Of a stretch of 64,000 nucleotides of DNA, positions 7,960-15,769 are shown in pieces. Origin of the DNA: Enterobacter phage ZX14; the sequence record PP236086.1. One strand, 5' to 3'. The notes under the pieces are model-generated. The model made no database searches. It had not been told where the DNA came from and saw only the letters and a program-made list of their open reading frames with translations. The translations under genes were made by a program, and so were the position numbers. Each line of letters starts with the position of its first letter. Position 1 is the stretch's first letter.

Positions 7960-8550
7960 TCACTTAGTTTTCTGGCGGCAAATACGACGAGCTTCATCTT
8001 CGGCCAAGTCAATGATGCTACGCAGAACAGGAACACGTTGATAAGTAGAATGAATATCTAAAACGATATATTTCGTCTTGCCATCGTCATGCCAGCCCCA
8101 GGACTTTTCACCATGAGAGCCTTTGATTACCGCTGATACTTCTACTGAGCGACCACCATCAGCAATCTTAGTTTCTACTTTCCATTCATTACGCTCAATT
8201 GCTTCAGCCTTTTTTCGGTTATCTTCTGCTGCAGCAGCAGCCCAATCAAACTTACCAAAAGCATGCATAGCTGCACTTTGGAATTCATTAGCAACATATT
8301 TCTGCATAATAGTCATAACATCTGAAGGGTCTACCTCTTCACTATTTTCCATAGACAAAGGTTCGGACAGACCCATGAGTTCATCTACGGTCAGGCATTC
8401 AGTGTCATCAGTGATAGCAAAACGTTTTTGGTACCAAGGATAATCCAGGCAGTTATGAGTCTGGGCCGTCAGCGGACTGATGCGAATCAATTGCTGACCA
8501 TTGTGCATTACAAAGCTTTCACCTACAGCAACATCTTTAAAAAGTTTCAT
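7960..8550 (-). CDS. hypothetical protein
   Basis: ORF. Start is taken at MKLFKD, preceded by AAAGGA. Confidence 0.5.
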   Translation of the reverse strand: MKLFKDVAVGESFVMHNGQQLIRISPLTAQTHNCLDYPWYQKRFAITDDTECLTVDELMGLSEPLSMENSEEVDPSDVMTIMQKYVANEFQSAAMHAFGKFDWAAAAAEDNRKKAEAIERNEWKVETKIADGGRSVEVSAVIKGSHGEKSWGWHDDGKTKYIVLDIHSTYQRVPVLRSIIDLAEDEARRICRQKTK

Positions 8551-8551
8551 A

Positions 8552-8857
8552 TTAGTGTCCTTTGCCAAAGAAATAATCAGTCAGAGCCATTTCAACCGAT
8601 TCGTCGAGAAATACAAGTTCATCATCGGCATCAAGCATATCTGGGGTGTCTTCAAGAGCAGCTTCACCGTCACGAAGACCTTGAAGTGCTGCAGCCCAGG
8701 CACCTTCGAAATCACCGTCAGCCTGACGAGCAATTAGATTTGCATGAGTCATAATCCAAGAGGCTTGCCAGTGCATAGTTTTATCATCGAAGATTTTGAA
8801 CGATGGGCATTCAAACATCTCGGCAGGATATTCCATTGAAATCAGATTACGTCGCAT
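8552..8857 (-). CDS. acidic hypothetical protein (101 aa)
   Basis: ORF with a GGAGA SD and an early promoter at 8889-8918. Confidence 0.5.
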   Translation of the reverse strand: MRRNLISMEYPAEMFECPSFKIFDDKTMHWQASWIMTHANLIARQADGDFEGAWAAALQGLRDGEAALEDTPDMLDADDELVFLDESVEMALTDYFFGKGH

Positions 8858-8888
8858 TTTTGTATCTCCAGTTCGTTAGTGTAGGAAC

Positions 8889-8918
8889 ATACTAACACGC
8901 CTTTTTATGGATGTAAAC
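8889..8918 (-). promoter_or_regulatory. T4-type early promoter
   Basis: Minus strand reads GTTTAC-N18-TAGTAT with a TGT extended -10. Confidence 0.5.
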
Positions 8919-9336
8919 ACCCGCCCTAGATACCCGAAAGGGCTCCCATTTCTGAGAACCCTTTCGAATCGGCGCTGTACGTAGTCGCACCTAGAGGTAC
9001 CATTCGCCTTACGGTTTCATTTGCGATATCCACCGTCGTTCGTTTAAGTTGATTTGTCATAGGGCTCGAACCTACACGCTTAGGTCTGTCGCACCGGTTT
9101 CCGCCTTACTCACCTGGGTACCAACCAGGGTTTCAAACAAGCTATTCCAGTCGTGTCTACCAAATTTCACCACACAAATCATAAATTATACGGAACGCCG
9201 GGGCATGCACCCGGTTATAAAGCAGTTGACGCTACTCTATATTTTTAAGAGGCGAGCATCTCGACCATATCCGAACGTTTCGTCAAAAACGCTACTCGGC
9301 TTACGGCAAAGATGGGTCCTCGAACCGTTTGTTTAG

Positions 9337-9410
9337 AGGCGGGTGATGGACTCGAACCATCGCATATCGGGATATGAACCCGACCTTCTACCAACTGAAT
9401 GTAACCCGCA
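9337..9410 (-). tRNA. tRNA-Met (anticodon CAT), initiator-like
   Basis: Hand-folded cloverleaf: T-arm GATGG-TTCGAGT-CCATC and anticodon arm TCGGG-TTCATAT-CCCGA. The anticodon stem has three consecutive G-C pairs and the 1-72 position is unpaired, both initiator hallmarks. CCA is not encoded. Confidence 0.5.
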
Positions 9411-9674
9411 TTTGTCCGGGTCCAGAGAGTACTAATAAGTAGGCTGTAGTAGAACCCATTGACTAGAATCAATGAGGGAACATGAACCTTTAGCCCCGGC
9501 ATTATCTTATGGACTTCAAACTCTTCTCTCTAGACTGCCTCGTATTATTGCGCCCATCTTGCTGTGGCATTAGACCATGAAGCATTACCGAAATCGCCTG
9601 ATTACGTTAATGTCTGGGTGCTATCCAGGGAACAGAGCTTGGACGGCTTTCCATATCGTCATATGGATTTCTGT

Positions 9675-9750
9675 TGGGGTGACCTGTGGGACTTGAACCC
9701 ACGACTACAAGAATCACAATCTTGAATTCTACCAACTGAATTAAGGCCAC
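9675..9750 (-). tRNA. tRNA-His (anticodon GTG)
   Basis: 76-nt cloverleaf: acceptor GTGGCCT/AGGTCAC, D-arm ATTC-AGTTGGTA-GAAT, anticodon loop TTGTGAT, T-arm GTGGG-TTCAAGT-CCCAC. CCA is encoded. Confidence 0.6.
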
Positions 9751-9785
9751 ATCAATATTCACTCGTAAATGAATATTAATTTGGC

Positions 9786-9856
9786 TAGGGTATCAGGACT
9801 CGAACCTGAGCATAATGGGATCAAAACCCACTGCCTTACCAACTTGGCTATACCCT
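9786..9856 (-). tRNA. tRNA-Gln (anticodon TTG)
   Basis: Acceptor AGGGTAT/ATACCCT, anticodon loop TTTTGAT, T-arm CAGG-TTCGAGT-CCTG. Confidence 0.55.
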
Positions 9857-9863
9857 ATTTAAC

Positions 9864-9947
9864 TGGCGGTTAGTGCAGGTATCGATACCTGCCTTGTCCT
9901 AAGACACGGATTAACAGTCCGTCGCTTCCCCTCTCAGCCAACTAACC
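9864..9947 (-). tRNA. atypical tRNA with Asn anticodon GTT but a long (about 13 nt) variable arm and an 8-nt T-loop
   Basis: Perfect 7-bp acceptor GGTTAGT/ACTAACC with G73 and encoded CCA. The anticodon arm ACGGA-CTGTTAA-TCCGT matches E. coli tRNA-Asn. The D-arm is Ser-like (TGGCTGAGAGGGGAAGC), the variable arm is GTCTTAGGACAAG, and the T-arm GCAGG-TATCGATA-CCTGC is palindromic. Confidence 0.45.
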
Positions 9948-9953
9948 GGAATT

Positions 9954-10032
9954 TGGTGGTTGTGCCTGGAATCGAACCAGGGTTCCTAAATTTAACTAAA
10001 GGGCGCTTATGCCTGCTTGGCGCGACACAACC
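9954..10032 (-). tRNA. tRNA-like gene, anticodon probably TAA (Leu) but atypical
   Basis: Acceptor GGTTGTG/CACAACC with A73 and CCA, and T-arm CCTGG-TTCGATT-CCAGG. The D-loop is long (13 nt). The anticodon stem CTTTA/TTAGG has a T-T mismatch and the loop is GTTAAAT. Confidence 0.4.
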
Positions 10033-10038
10033 TGAATT

Positions 10039-10114
10039 TGGTGGGTCTGGATGGACTCGAACCATCGACACCCGCATTAAAAGTGCGGTGCTCTACCAAC
10101 TAAGCTACAAACCC
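10039..10114 (-). tRNA. tRNA-Lys (anticodon TTT)
   Basis: 76-nt cloverleaf: acceptor GGGTTTG/CAGACCC, D-arm GCTT-AGTTGGTA-GAGC, anticodon arm CCGCA-CTTTTAA-TGCGG, T-arm GATGG-TTCGAGT-CCATC. CCA is encoded. Confidence 0.65.
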
Positions 10115-10196
10115 ATATTACTGTTCTTTAGTCGAGCCGACTTGTCCGTATTCTTTCAACGGTGAGCTGATAGCTGTAACAGTAATACTCTAAATT

Positions 10197-10284
10197 TGGT
10201 GGGGAGTGATGGAGTCGAACCACCCGAGTCGCAATGACAACAGATTTACAGTCTGCACCGCTACCTCTACGGAATTAACTCCCC
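10197..10284 (-). tRNA. tRNA-Tyr (anticodon GTA), class II with long variable arm
   Basis: Acceptor GGGGAGT/ACTCCCC with A73 and CCA, anticodon loop CTGTAAA, long variable arm, T-loop TTCGACT. Confidence 0.55.
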
Positions 10285-10297
10285 GTGATACTTTTAT

Positions 10298-10540
10298 TTA
10301 TTCAGTATATCTCTTGAACTGTAAAGCAAAATCTTCATCAACCTTAGTCAAGAAGTGTCCTGCCTTAAATCGTTTAGAGCTACCTTCAACTTCTACACCG
10401 TAACCGTTCTTACCAAGGACTCGACCAACTCGCATTTCACCAGGGTCACCCATTGAATTACAACGAACACCATATAGAACAAAATCATTTTCGAACACCG
10501 GAGTTTGTTTCCGATCTTTAATTAATTCTATCATATTCAC
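10298..10540 (-). CDS. hypothetical protein (80 aa) embedded in the tRNA cluster
   Basis: ORF abutting the NADAR gene (ATGA overlap). Confidence 0.45.
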   Translation of the reverse strand: MNMIELIKDRKQTPVFENDFVLYGVRCNSMGDPGEMRVGRVLGKNGYGVEVEGSSKRFKAGHFLTKVDEDFALQFKRYTE

Positions 10541-10541
10541 C

Positions 10542-10997
10542 TTAAAGCATATTACGTTTTAAGTTTTCACGAACTCGATAAAGGTTTGAACAGAATTCCT
10601 GTTCGGTTAGAACGGTTTCATTCTTTTTCGACTTGCCCATCGAGTGAGTTAATGTAGAGTTCTGTGTAGCCAGAAGTGCTCTCTTGAACCCTTCATTACG
10701 TCCTAATTCATTATATGCACGTTCAATAAGAAGTCTGTAGGCGTCACTCTGACGTTGCATAGGCACACCTTTCCAGTACAGGGTTTGAGTACGCCACCAC
10801 TTCTTTTTCTTACCTTTGAACTTAGCTGCTTTACCAACTAGAGTACAAACATGTTCTTGCATTTCGACTGAACTAAATTTCAGTGATTGCAAAAATCCTT
10901 CCATCGAAGCACATTCTACACCATCAATTGTAAAAGCATGAGGTGCAAAATTACTTAATGCAGATGAAGGATAACCTGAACCTGAACCAATATCCAT
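10542..10997 (-). CDS. NADAR / YbiA-like (DUF1768) domain protein
   Basis: 151 aa with SNFAPHAF...GVECASMEGFLQSLKF...KFKGKKKK...YWKGV...RLLIERAYNELG...LLAT, matching the NADAR signature pattern (FSNF..H.F.....Y.S.E...Q..KF). Confidence 0.5.
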   Translation of the reverse strand: MDIGSGSGYPSSALSNFAPHAFTIDGVECASMEGFLQSLKFSSVEMQEHVCTLVGKAAKFKGKKKKWWRTQTLYWKGVPMQRQSDAYRLLIERAYNELGRNEGFKRALLATQNSTLTHSMGKSKKNETVLTEQEFCSNLYRVRENLKRNML

Positions 10998-11209
10998 TAT
11001 TCATTTTCCTTTTCAAGAAGGAACATATACATATCGTCATGGTCTTGCATAACGTTTTCAAATTGTGATTCGTATTCAGCCAATGGTGCAGAACCAAGCC
11101 AGTTAGCACATTGAATACGTAAGTCGCCATTAGCGCCTTGATAAATCAAAGCTTCAGAATATCCACCTGAAGCCCATTCGATAATTGCATGTCCTAAACG
11201 ATATTTCAT
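10997..11209 (-). CDS. hypothetical protein (71 aa)
   Basis: Start is taken at MKYRLGH with a GAGGAAAATATA SD. The first Met in the ORF track (11254) would overlap the tRNA-Arg gene. Confidence 0.45.
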   Translation of the reverse strand: MKYRLGHAIIEWASGGYSEALIYQGANGDLRIQCANWLGSAPLAEYESQFENVMQDHDDMYMFLLEKENE

Positions 11210-11227
11210 TATATTTTCCTCAGTGTC

Positions 11228-11304
11228 TGGTGTCCCCTGATGGATTCGAACCATCGACCCACAGCTTAGAAGGCTGTTGCTCTATCCGGCTGAGCTAAGA
11301 GGAC
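11228..11304 (-). tRNA. tRNA-Arg (anticodon TCT)
   Basis: 77-nt cloverleaf: acceptor GTCCTCT/AGGGGAC, D-arm GCTC-AGCCGGATA-GAGC, anticodon arm ACAGC-CTTCTAA-GCTGT, T-arm GATGG-TTCGAAT-CCATC. CCA is encoded. T4 carries an Arg(UCU) tRNA at the equivalent position. Confidence 0.7.
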
Positions 11305-11308
11305 GAAA

Positions 11309-11385
11309 TGGTGGCCCTTCTGGGAGTCTAACCCAGCTTACACCGGTTATGAGCCGGGTACTTTCACGCGACAGTACAAAGGGCC
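11309..11385 (-). tRNA. tRNA with CAT anticodon (Ile2-lysidine type or elongator Met)
   Basis: Perfect acceptor GGCCCTT/AAGGGCC with CCA, D-arm TACT/AGTA, anticodon loop CTCATAA. The T-arm is CTGGG-TTAGACT-CCCAG, i.e. an unusual A56. Confidence 0.5.
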
Positions 11386-11394
11386 TGAATAATT

Positions 11395-11479
11395 TGGTGC
11401 ACCGAGTGGGACTTGAACCCACAATCCATAAGGCGTATCATTTTAAGTGATATATGTATACCAATTCCATCATCGGTGC
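11395..11479 (-). tRNA. tRNA-Leu (anticodon TAA), class II
   Basis: Acceptor GCACCGA/TCGGTGC with A73 and CCA, anticodon arm TATCA-CTTAAAA-TGATA, long variable arm, T-arm GTGGG-TTCAAGT-CCCAC. T4 tRNA-Leu likewise carries UAA. Confidence 0.6.
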
Positions 11480-11704
11480 GTTCTATTTCGAAAGCTCTCT
11501 TGATGCACTAGAAGCCGTTAGGTATATTCTAATGTCTAACACGTTGTCACGAATAAACAGAAACCCTGCGCAAAGTACCGTCCAAATCGTCTAGAGAACT
11601 TTCTGAATAGAGGCCTCAATTTTTAGAGAGGGTATAGGATTAGTTTTGACTATCCTTGAGGCCAAATTGGAGTCATAACTCCAGGTAGTAATAATAACAC
11701 TTTA

Positions 11705-12004
11705 TTATAAAAGCATATTAATGTAAGTATTTTGAATCTGTGGGAGATTAAGTTCATCTTTAAAGATGTCATATTCTTTAATGCTCTTACCATCTTCAGA
11801 AACAAAGAAGGAAAGATTCACACTATTGAATTCCCAGCGCATATCAACTAGCCGTACCGCAGTAGAGCTTCGGCCTATGGCCACTACATCTACTTCATAA
11901 AGAAAATCAGGGCCCCAGGTTTCGATATGTTCTTCACACATTTCTTGATCAGCTTTATAGCCGTTCTGTGGCTTAGTAATCTGAGCAAACAATTTCATCA
12001 GCAA
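11705..12004 (-). CDS. hypothetical protein (99 aa)
   Basis: ORF; first gene after the 5' flank of the tRNA cluster. Confidence 0.45.
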   Translation of the reverse strand: MLMKLFAQITKPQNGYKADQEMCEEHIETWGPDFLYEVDVVAIGRSSTAVRLVDMRWEFNSVNLSFFVSEDGKSIKEYDIFKDELNLPQIQNTYINMLL

Positions 12005-12390
12005 TTACCTTCTGCAACAATCACATGAGTTTTGGCATTAACAATCTGCCACCATTGGAAACGACCACTGCCATAAAGAGGCTTGTTTTCGTTGGCTGCA
12101 ATAATATCACGCAGTTCATCTTCGGTCGCTGCTTTTGCTATAAGGTCTTCATAACCACCGCGTGGATAGTAGTTCTCACCGGCAAACAGCAAGAAGTTAG
12201 GCACGATAGCCTTGAACTCTTCCAGGGTAATTACAGTTCCACCTGGCTGCATAATTTCAACATAACTATAAGGGCAATTCTGAGCTACGTCTACAGCTTG
12301 CAGAAGTGTATCGTGTGCAAAGCAGATTTGATTATCTTTATCCTTAGAAGGATTTGCTGAATAGTCACCAAATACTTTATACATCTTCAA
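11998..12390 (-). CDS. hypothetical protein with YYPxGG motif
   Basis: 130 aa containing ENYYPRGGYEDLIAKAATEDE. Confidence 0.5.
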   Translation of the reverse strand: MKMYKVFGDYSANPSKDKDNQICFAHDTLLQAVDVAQNCPYSYVEIMQPGGTVITLEEFKAIVPNFLLFAGENYYPRGGYEDLIAKAATEDELRDIIAANENKPLYGSGRFQWWQIVNAKTHVIVAEGNC

Positions 12391-12625
12391 CCACCTTCAT
12401 TGTACGTTTGCAGACAACATAGTCTTCACGGTTCAACCCTTCAAAGTCAAGTTCTTTCAAAGCATCTTCAACAGTGTCAAAACCTAATGCTTCAGTCAGA
12501 CCAGTTAGATACCAGCCACCATATTCAAAATCGCTATTATACGCACAGAAAGAACCAAACTCTTTATTTCGAATTACATAATCAAAAGTTTCCATATTTT
12601 CCTCACAGATCGTCACAATCACCAC
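12377..12625 (-). CDS. hypothetical protein (related motif EYGGWYLTGLTEAL)
   Basis: ORF; the real start may be the internal METFDYV. Confidence 0.4.
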   Translation of the reverse strand: MVIVTICEENMETFDYVIRNKEFGSFCAYNSDFEYGGWYLTGLTEALGFDTVEDALKELDFEGLNREDYVVCKRTMKVVEDV

Positions 12626-12794
12626 TATAAATGGTCGTAAAAGATGAATCCATTACTTCATAACGGTCATAACAACCAGAAGTACCATTTTCTCTGGCAT
12701 ACTCTAAAGCTTGTTCTGGTGAGCTAAAGGTATCGATAAGGTCTCGAGACCCACCGCCAGGATAATAACGAGACCACATAAACAGTGCGTACAT
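12603..12794 (-). CDS. hypothetical protein with YYPGGG motif
   Basis: 63 aa containing RYYPGGGSRDLIDTFSSPEQALEYA. Confidence 0.45.
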   Translation of the reverse strand: MYALFMWSRYYPGGGSRDLIDTFSSPEQALEYARENGTSGCYDRYEVMDSSFTTIYSGDCDDL

Positions 12795-12800
12795 ATTTCC

Positions 12801-12995
12801 TCACTTAGCGATGTTGTGCATCAGGAATGCAATACCACCAATAACTGCGGTTACGGCCAGTGAAACCATATTCTCAGTTGTCGTCAACAGGCCAGTCAAG
12901 AATCCAGCAAACATAGAGAAGCTGAAAGTTGTTACTGCGACGAGGGCTGCTACATTACGGATTGCTTCGGCACGTTTCATTTTATTCTCCATCAC
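12801..12995 (-). CDS. small membrane protein
   Basis: 64 aa with two hydrophobic helices. An early promoter lies at 13017-13046. Confidence 0.45.
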   Translation of the reverse strand: MMENKMKRAEAIRNVAALVAVTTFSFSMFAGFLTGLLTTTENMVSLAVTAVIGGIAFLMHNIAK

Positions 12996-13016
12996 TTCAT
13001 TTGTTTTGATAGGACC

Positions 13017-13046
13017 ATCTTATCATGCCCTATTCAGCTTGTAAAC
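13017..13046 (-). promoter_or_regulatory. T4-type early promoter
   Basis: Minus strand reads GTTTAC-N18-TAAGAT, with the same CATGATAAGATG core as the promoter at 2224. Confidence 0.5.
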
Positions 13047-13048
13047 AC

Positions 13049-13315
13049 TTATTTTAAATGTTTTTTGATATCACTAATTTTAACTGGCTTACCATCGATG
13101 CGAAATTCTTTAGCACCCCAACCTTTGATGTGGTTCAGAAGAGTATCAAGGTCTTTTGCTTCACCAAGGTCAACCATTGCGTTCTCATGCGAACCTTTAA
13201 TATGTACAGCACGGAACAACTTGTGAGTACCATATTGGGAATCGGTAATACTCAGTTCGACATGATTGAAAGCATCGCCTTTAGCTTCATTGATAAATTC
13301 TTGATAAGTTTTCAT
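13049..13315 (-). CDS. internal protein (ipI-like) with N-terminal capsid targeting sequence
   Basis: Start is taken at MKTYQEFINEA (AAGGAAA SD). This matches the T4 IPI/IPII/IPIII capsid-targeting sequence MKTYQEFIAE, which is cleaved by the gp21 protease. 88 aa, near the tRNA cluster and 57B as in T4. Confidence 0.6.
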   Translation of the reverse strand: MKTYQEFINEAKGDAFNHVELSITDSQYGTHKLFRAVHIKGSHENAMVDLGEAKDLDTLLNHIKGWGAKEFRIDGKPVKISDIKKHLK

Positions 13316-13342
13316 TTTTGTTTCCTTAAGTTGGTATGAGAG

Positions 13343-13372
13343 TATAGTAACACGGGTATTTATGGATGTAAA
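13343..13372 (-). promoter_or_regulatory. T4-type early promoter (ip gene)
   Basis: Minus strand reads GTTTAC-N18-TACTAT with a TGT extended -10. Confidence 0.5.
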
Positions 13373-13383
13373 CACTTAAATGC

Positions 13384-13407
13384 AAAAAAGGAACCCGAAG
13401 GTTCCTT
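13384..13407 (-). terminator. intrinsic terminator after the ip-like gene
   Basis: Minus strand reads GGAACC-UUCG-GGUUCC followed by UUUUUU. Confidence 0.6.
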
Positions 13408-13411
13408 AACA

Positions 13412-14355
<944 letters not shown>

Positions 14356-14372
<17 letters not shown>

Positions 14373-15081
14373 TTAAAACCTCGTTAAATTTTTTGAATAG
14401 TTCATCAGTTGTGCCATCGTTTTCAATAACAATGTCACGGTCAATAATAGGGAGACCAGCTTCTGTAATATGCTGATCAGATGAATCGACTGTATCAGGA
14501 CGAACCACATGAATAATTGTGACACCCATCGCCCGGAGAGCTTCGATTTCGTGTGTTTGTCTTACATCCGGAACAACGAAATAATCGAAATCTGAATAAA
14601 ATTTATCATAATACTTTTCAGCAAATAATTTCATCCAGAACATGCGGTCAATACCATCTACGACAATGTCAGTTCCAAGGGTCTGCATGAAACGTCGAAT
14701 AGTCCATGGTACATTGTTATTTATTGTAAGTTTTTCAATTAGATCGCCAATCGAATTACCGCCATCGAATTTGAAATAATCCAGACGATGGCGTCTTGAA
14801 AGCCAATCAAGAGATTCTTGGAAAAGGTCTTTAGCTTCGTAATTATTCATTACAAATGGGCGTTCACGGTCCCACTCGCCAATACCTTCCCAATCTTCCC
14901 ATTGAAGTTTAGGGTGAGCACTTTCATGATTGAACCGACGTTTCCAAGCCTGAGACAAAGTCTCTTTAATAGGCTCGGCAAGTTGATATTTGAACCCATT
15001 ACATTCATTTACTACATATTCGGCCAGCGTATCTTTACCAGATCGCTTTTTACCGACAATAGCAATTAATTTCATTTTCAC
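14356..15081 (-). CDS. 1: deoxynucleoside monophosphate kinase (gp1)
   Basis: The P-loop GKKRSGKDT and the motifs YQLAEPIK and VPDVRQTHEIEALRAMGVTIIHVVRP match T4 gp1 along its length (241 aa). Confidence 0.85.
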
Positions 15082-15689
15082 CTCATAGAAGGATGCATAG
15101 CCATTTTACGCCCTTCGAGTCTGCCTTGACCGGCATCATCAATTTGTGGACGACCTAGTACTATATTACCATCTATTTCTACTGCAAAACTCTTGAAGTT
15201 AAATGTAGCCATGCAAGGCACAGCAGGGTCAGAATCTTCACGATAGTTGAACTCAATTTCAGAAAGGTCTGAAGGCCAAGCACCGTAATAATGAATAGAC
15301 ATAACAATATTCTGTTTTGAGTTATCAAGGATATGAACAGTCACAGCAGAAGGCTGTCCAGAAGCGTGCCAGGCTTCGCTCTCGTGTGTCATATAGTTGT
15401 TTAATGATAACATCCATTTATAGATTTCGAGCCAACCTGAGAGCTCCCTGTCCACCAGGAAGTTAACCATAAGAGGGTCGAATTCTATAGTGCTTCCTGG
15501 AAGTTTAGCTCGAGAAATACCTTGTGTTCCACCCGGTAAATCGCCTACTGGGATATGAATCCCAGGCAAAGTTGCTGCTTGACAGTTCAACTTAAATGAT
15601 TCAGTGAGGCCATTATCAGAGACCTCAAGGATAAAGTTAGTTACGTTAGTCTGGTTAAACAGACCGCCATTTTGACCACTCATATTCAC
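15078..15689 (-). CDS. 3: gp3 tail sheath stabiliser / tail tube terminator (by position)
   Basis: 203 aa ORF between gene 1 and gene 2 on the minus strand, the T4 order 1-3-2-4. The sequence itself was not recognised. Confidence 0.55.
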   Translation of the reverse strand: MNMSGQNGGLFNQTNVTNFILEVSDNGLTESFKLNCQAATLPGIHIPVGDLPGGTQGISRAKLPGSTIEFDPLMVNFLVDRELSGWLEIYKWMLSLNNYMTHESEAWHASGQPSAVTVHILDNSKQNIVMSIHYYGAWPSDLSEIEFNYREDSDPAVPCMATFNFKSFAVEIDGNIVLGRPQIDDAGQGRLEGRKMAMHPSMR

Positions 15690-15769
15690 ACCTTATACGC
15701 TTAATTCCCGGGCAGTGTATAATGGTCTTAGGTCTGTTCCATTCAATAACTGGCCGGGATAATAGATTA

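Noticed and set aside
9049-9502. ORFs 9049..9336 (+) and 9245..9502 (-) inside the tRNA cluster
   Set aside because: They overlap tRNA-Met and tRNA-like sequence, lack an RBS, and are more likely stable-RNA space.
8900-11500. Possibility of a CRISPR array or mobile element in the non-coding-rich 8.9-11.5 kb stretch
   Set aside because: There are no regularly spaced direct repeats. The repetitiveness is explained by tRNA T-arm and acceptor conservation.
11480-11704. 225-bp upstream flank of the tRNA cluster scanned for a promoter
   Set aside because: It contains only weak matches (GTTTAT/GTGACA...TAGACA) with no convincing -35/-10 pair, so I left it unannotated.
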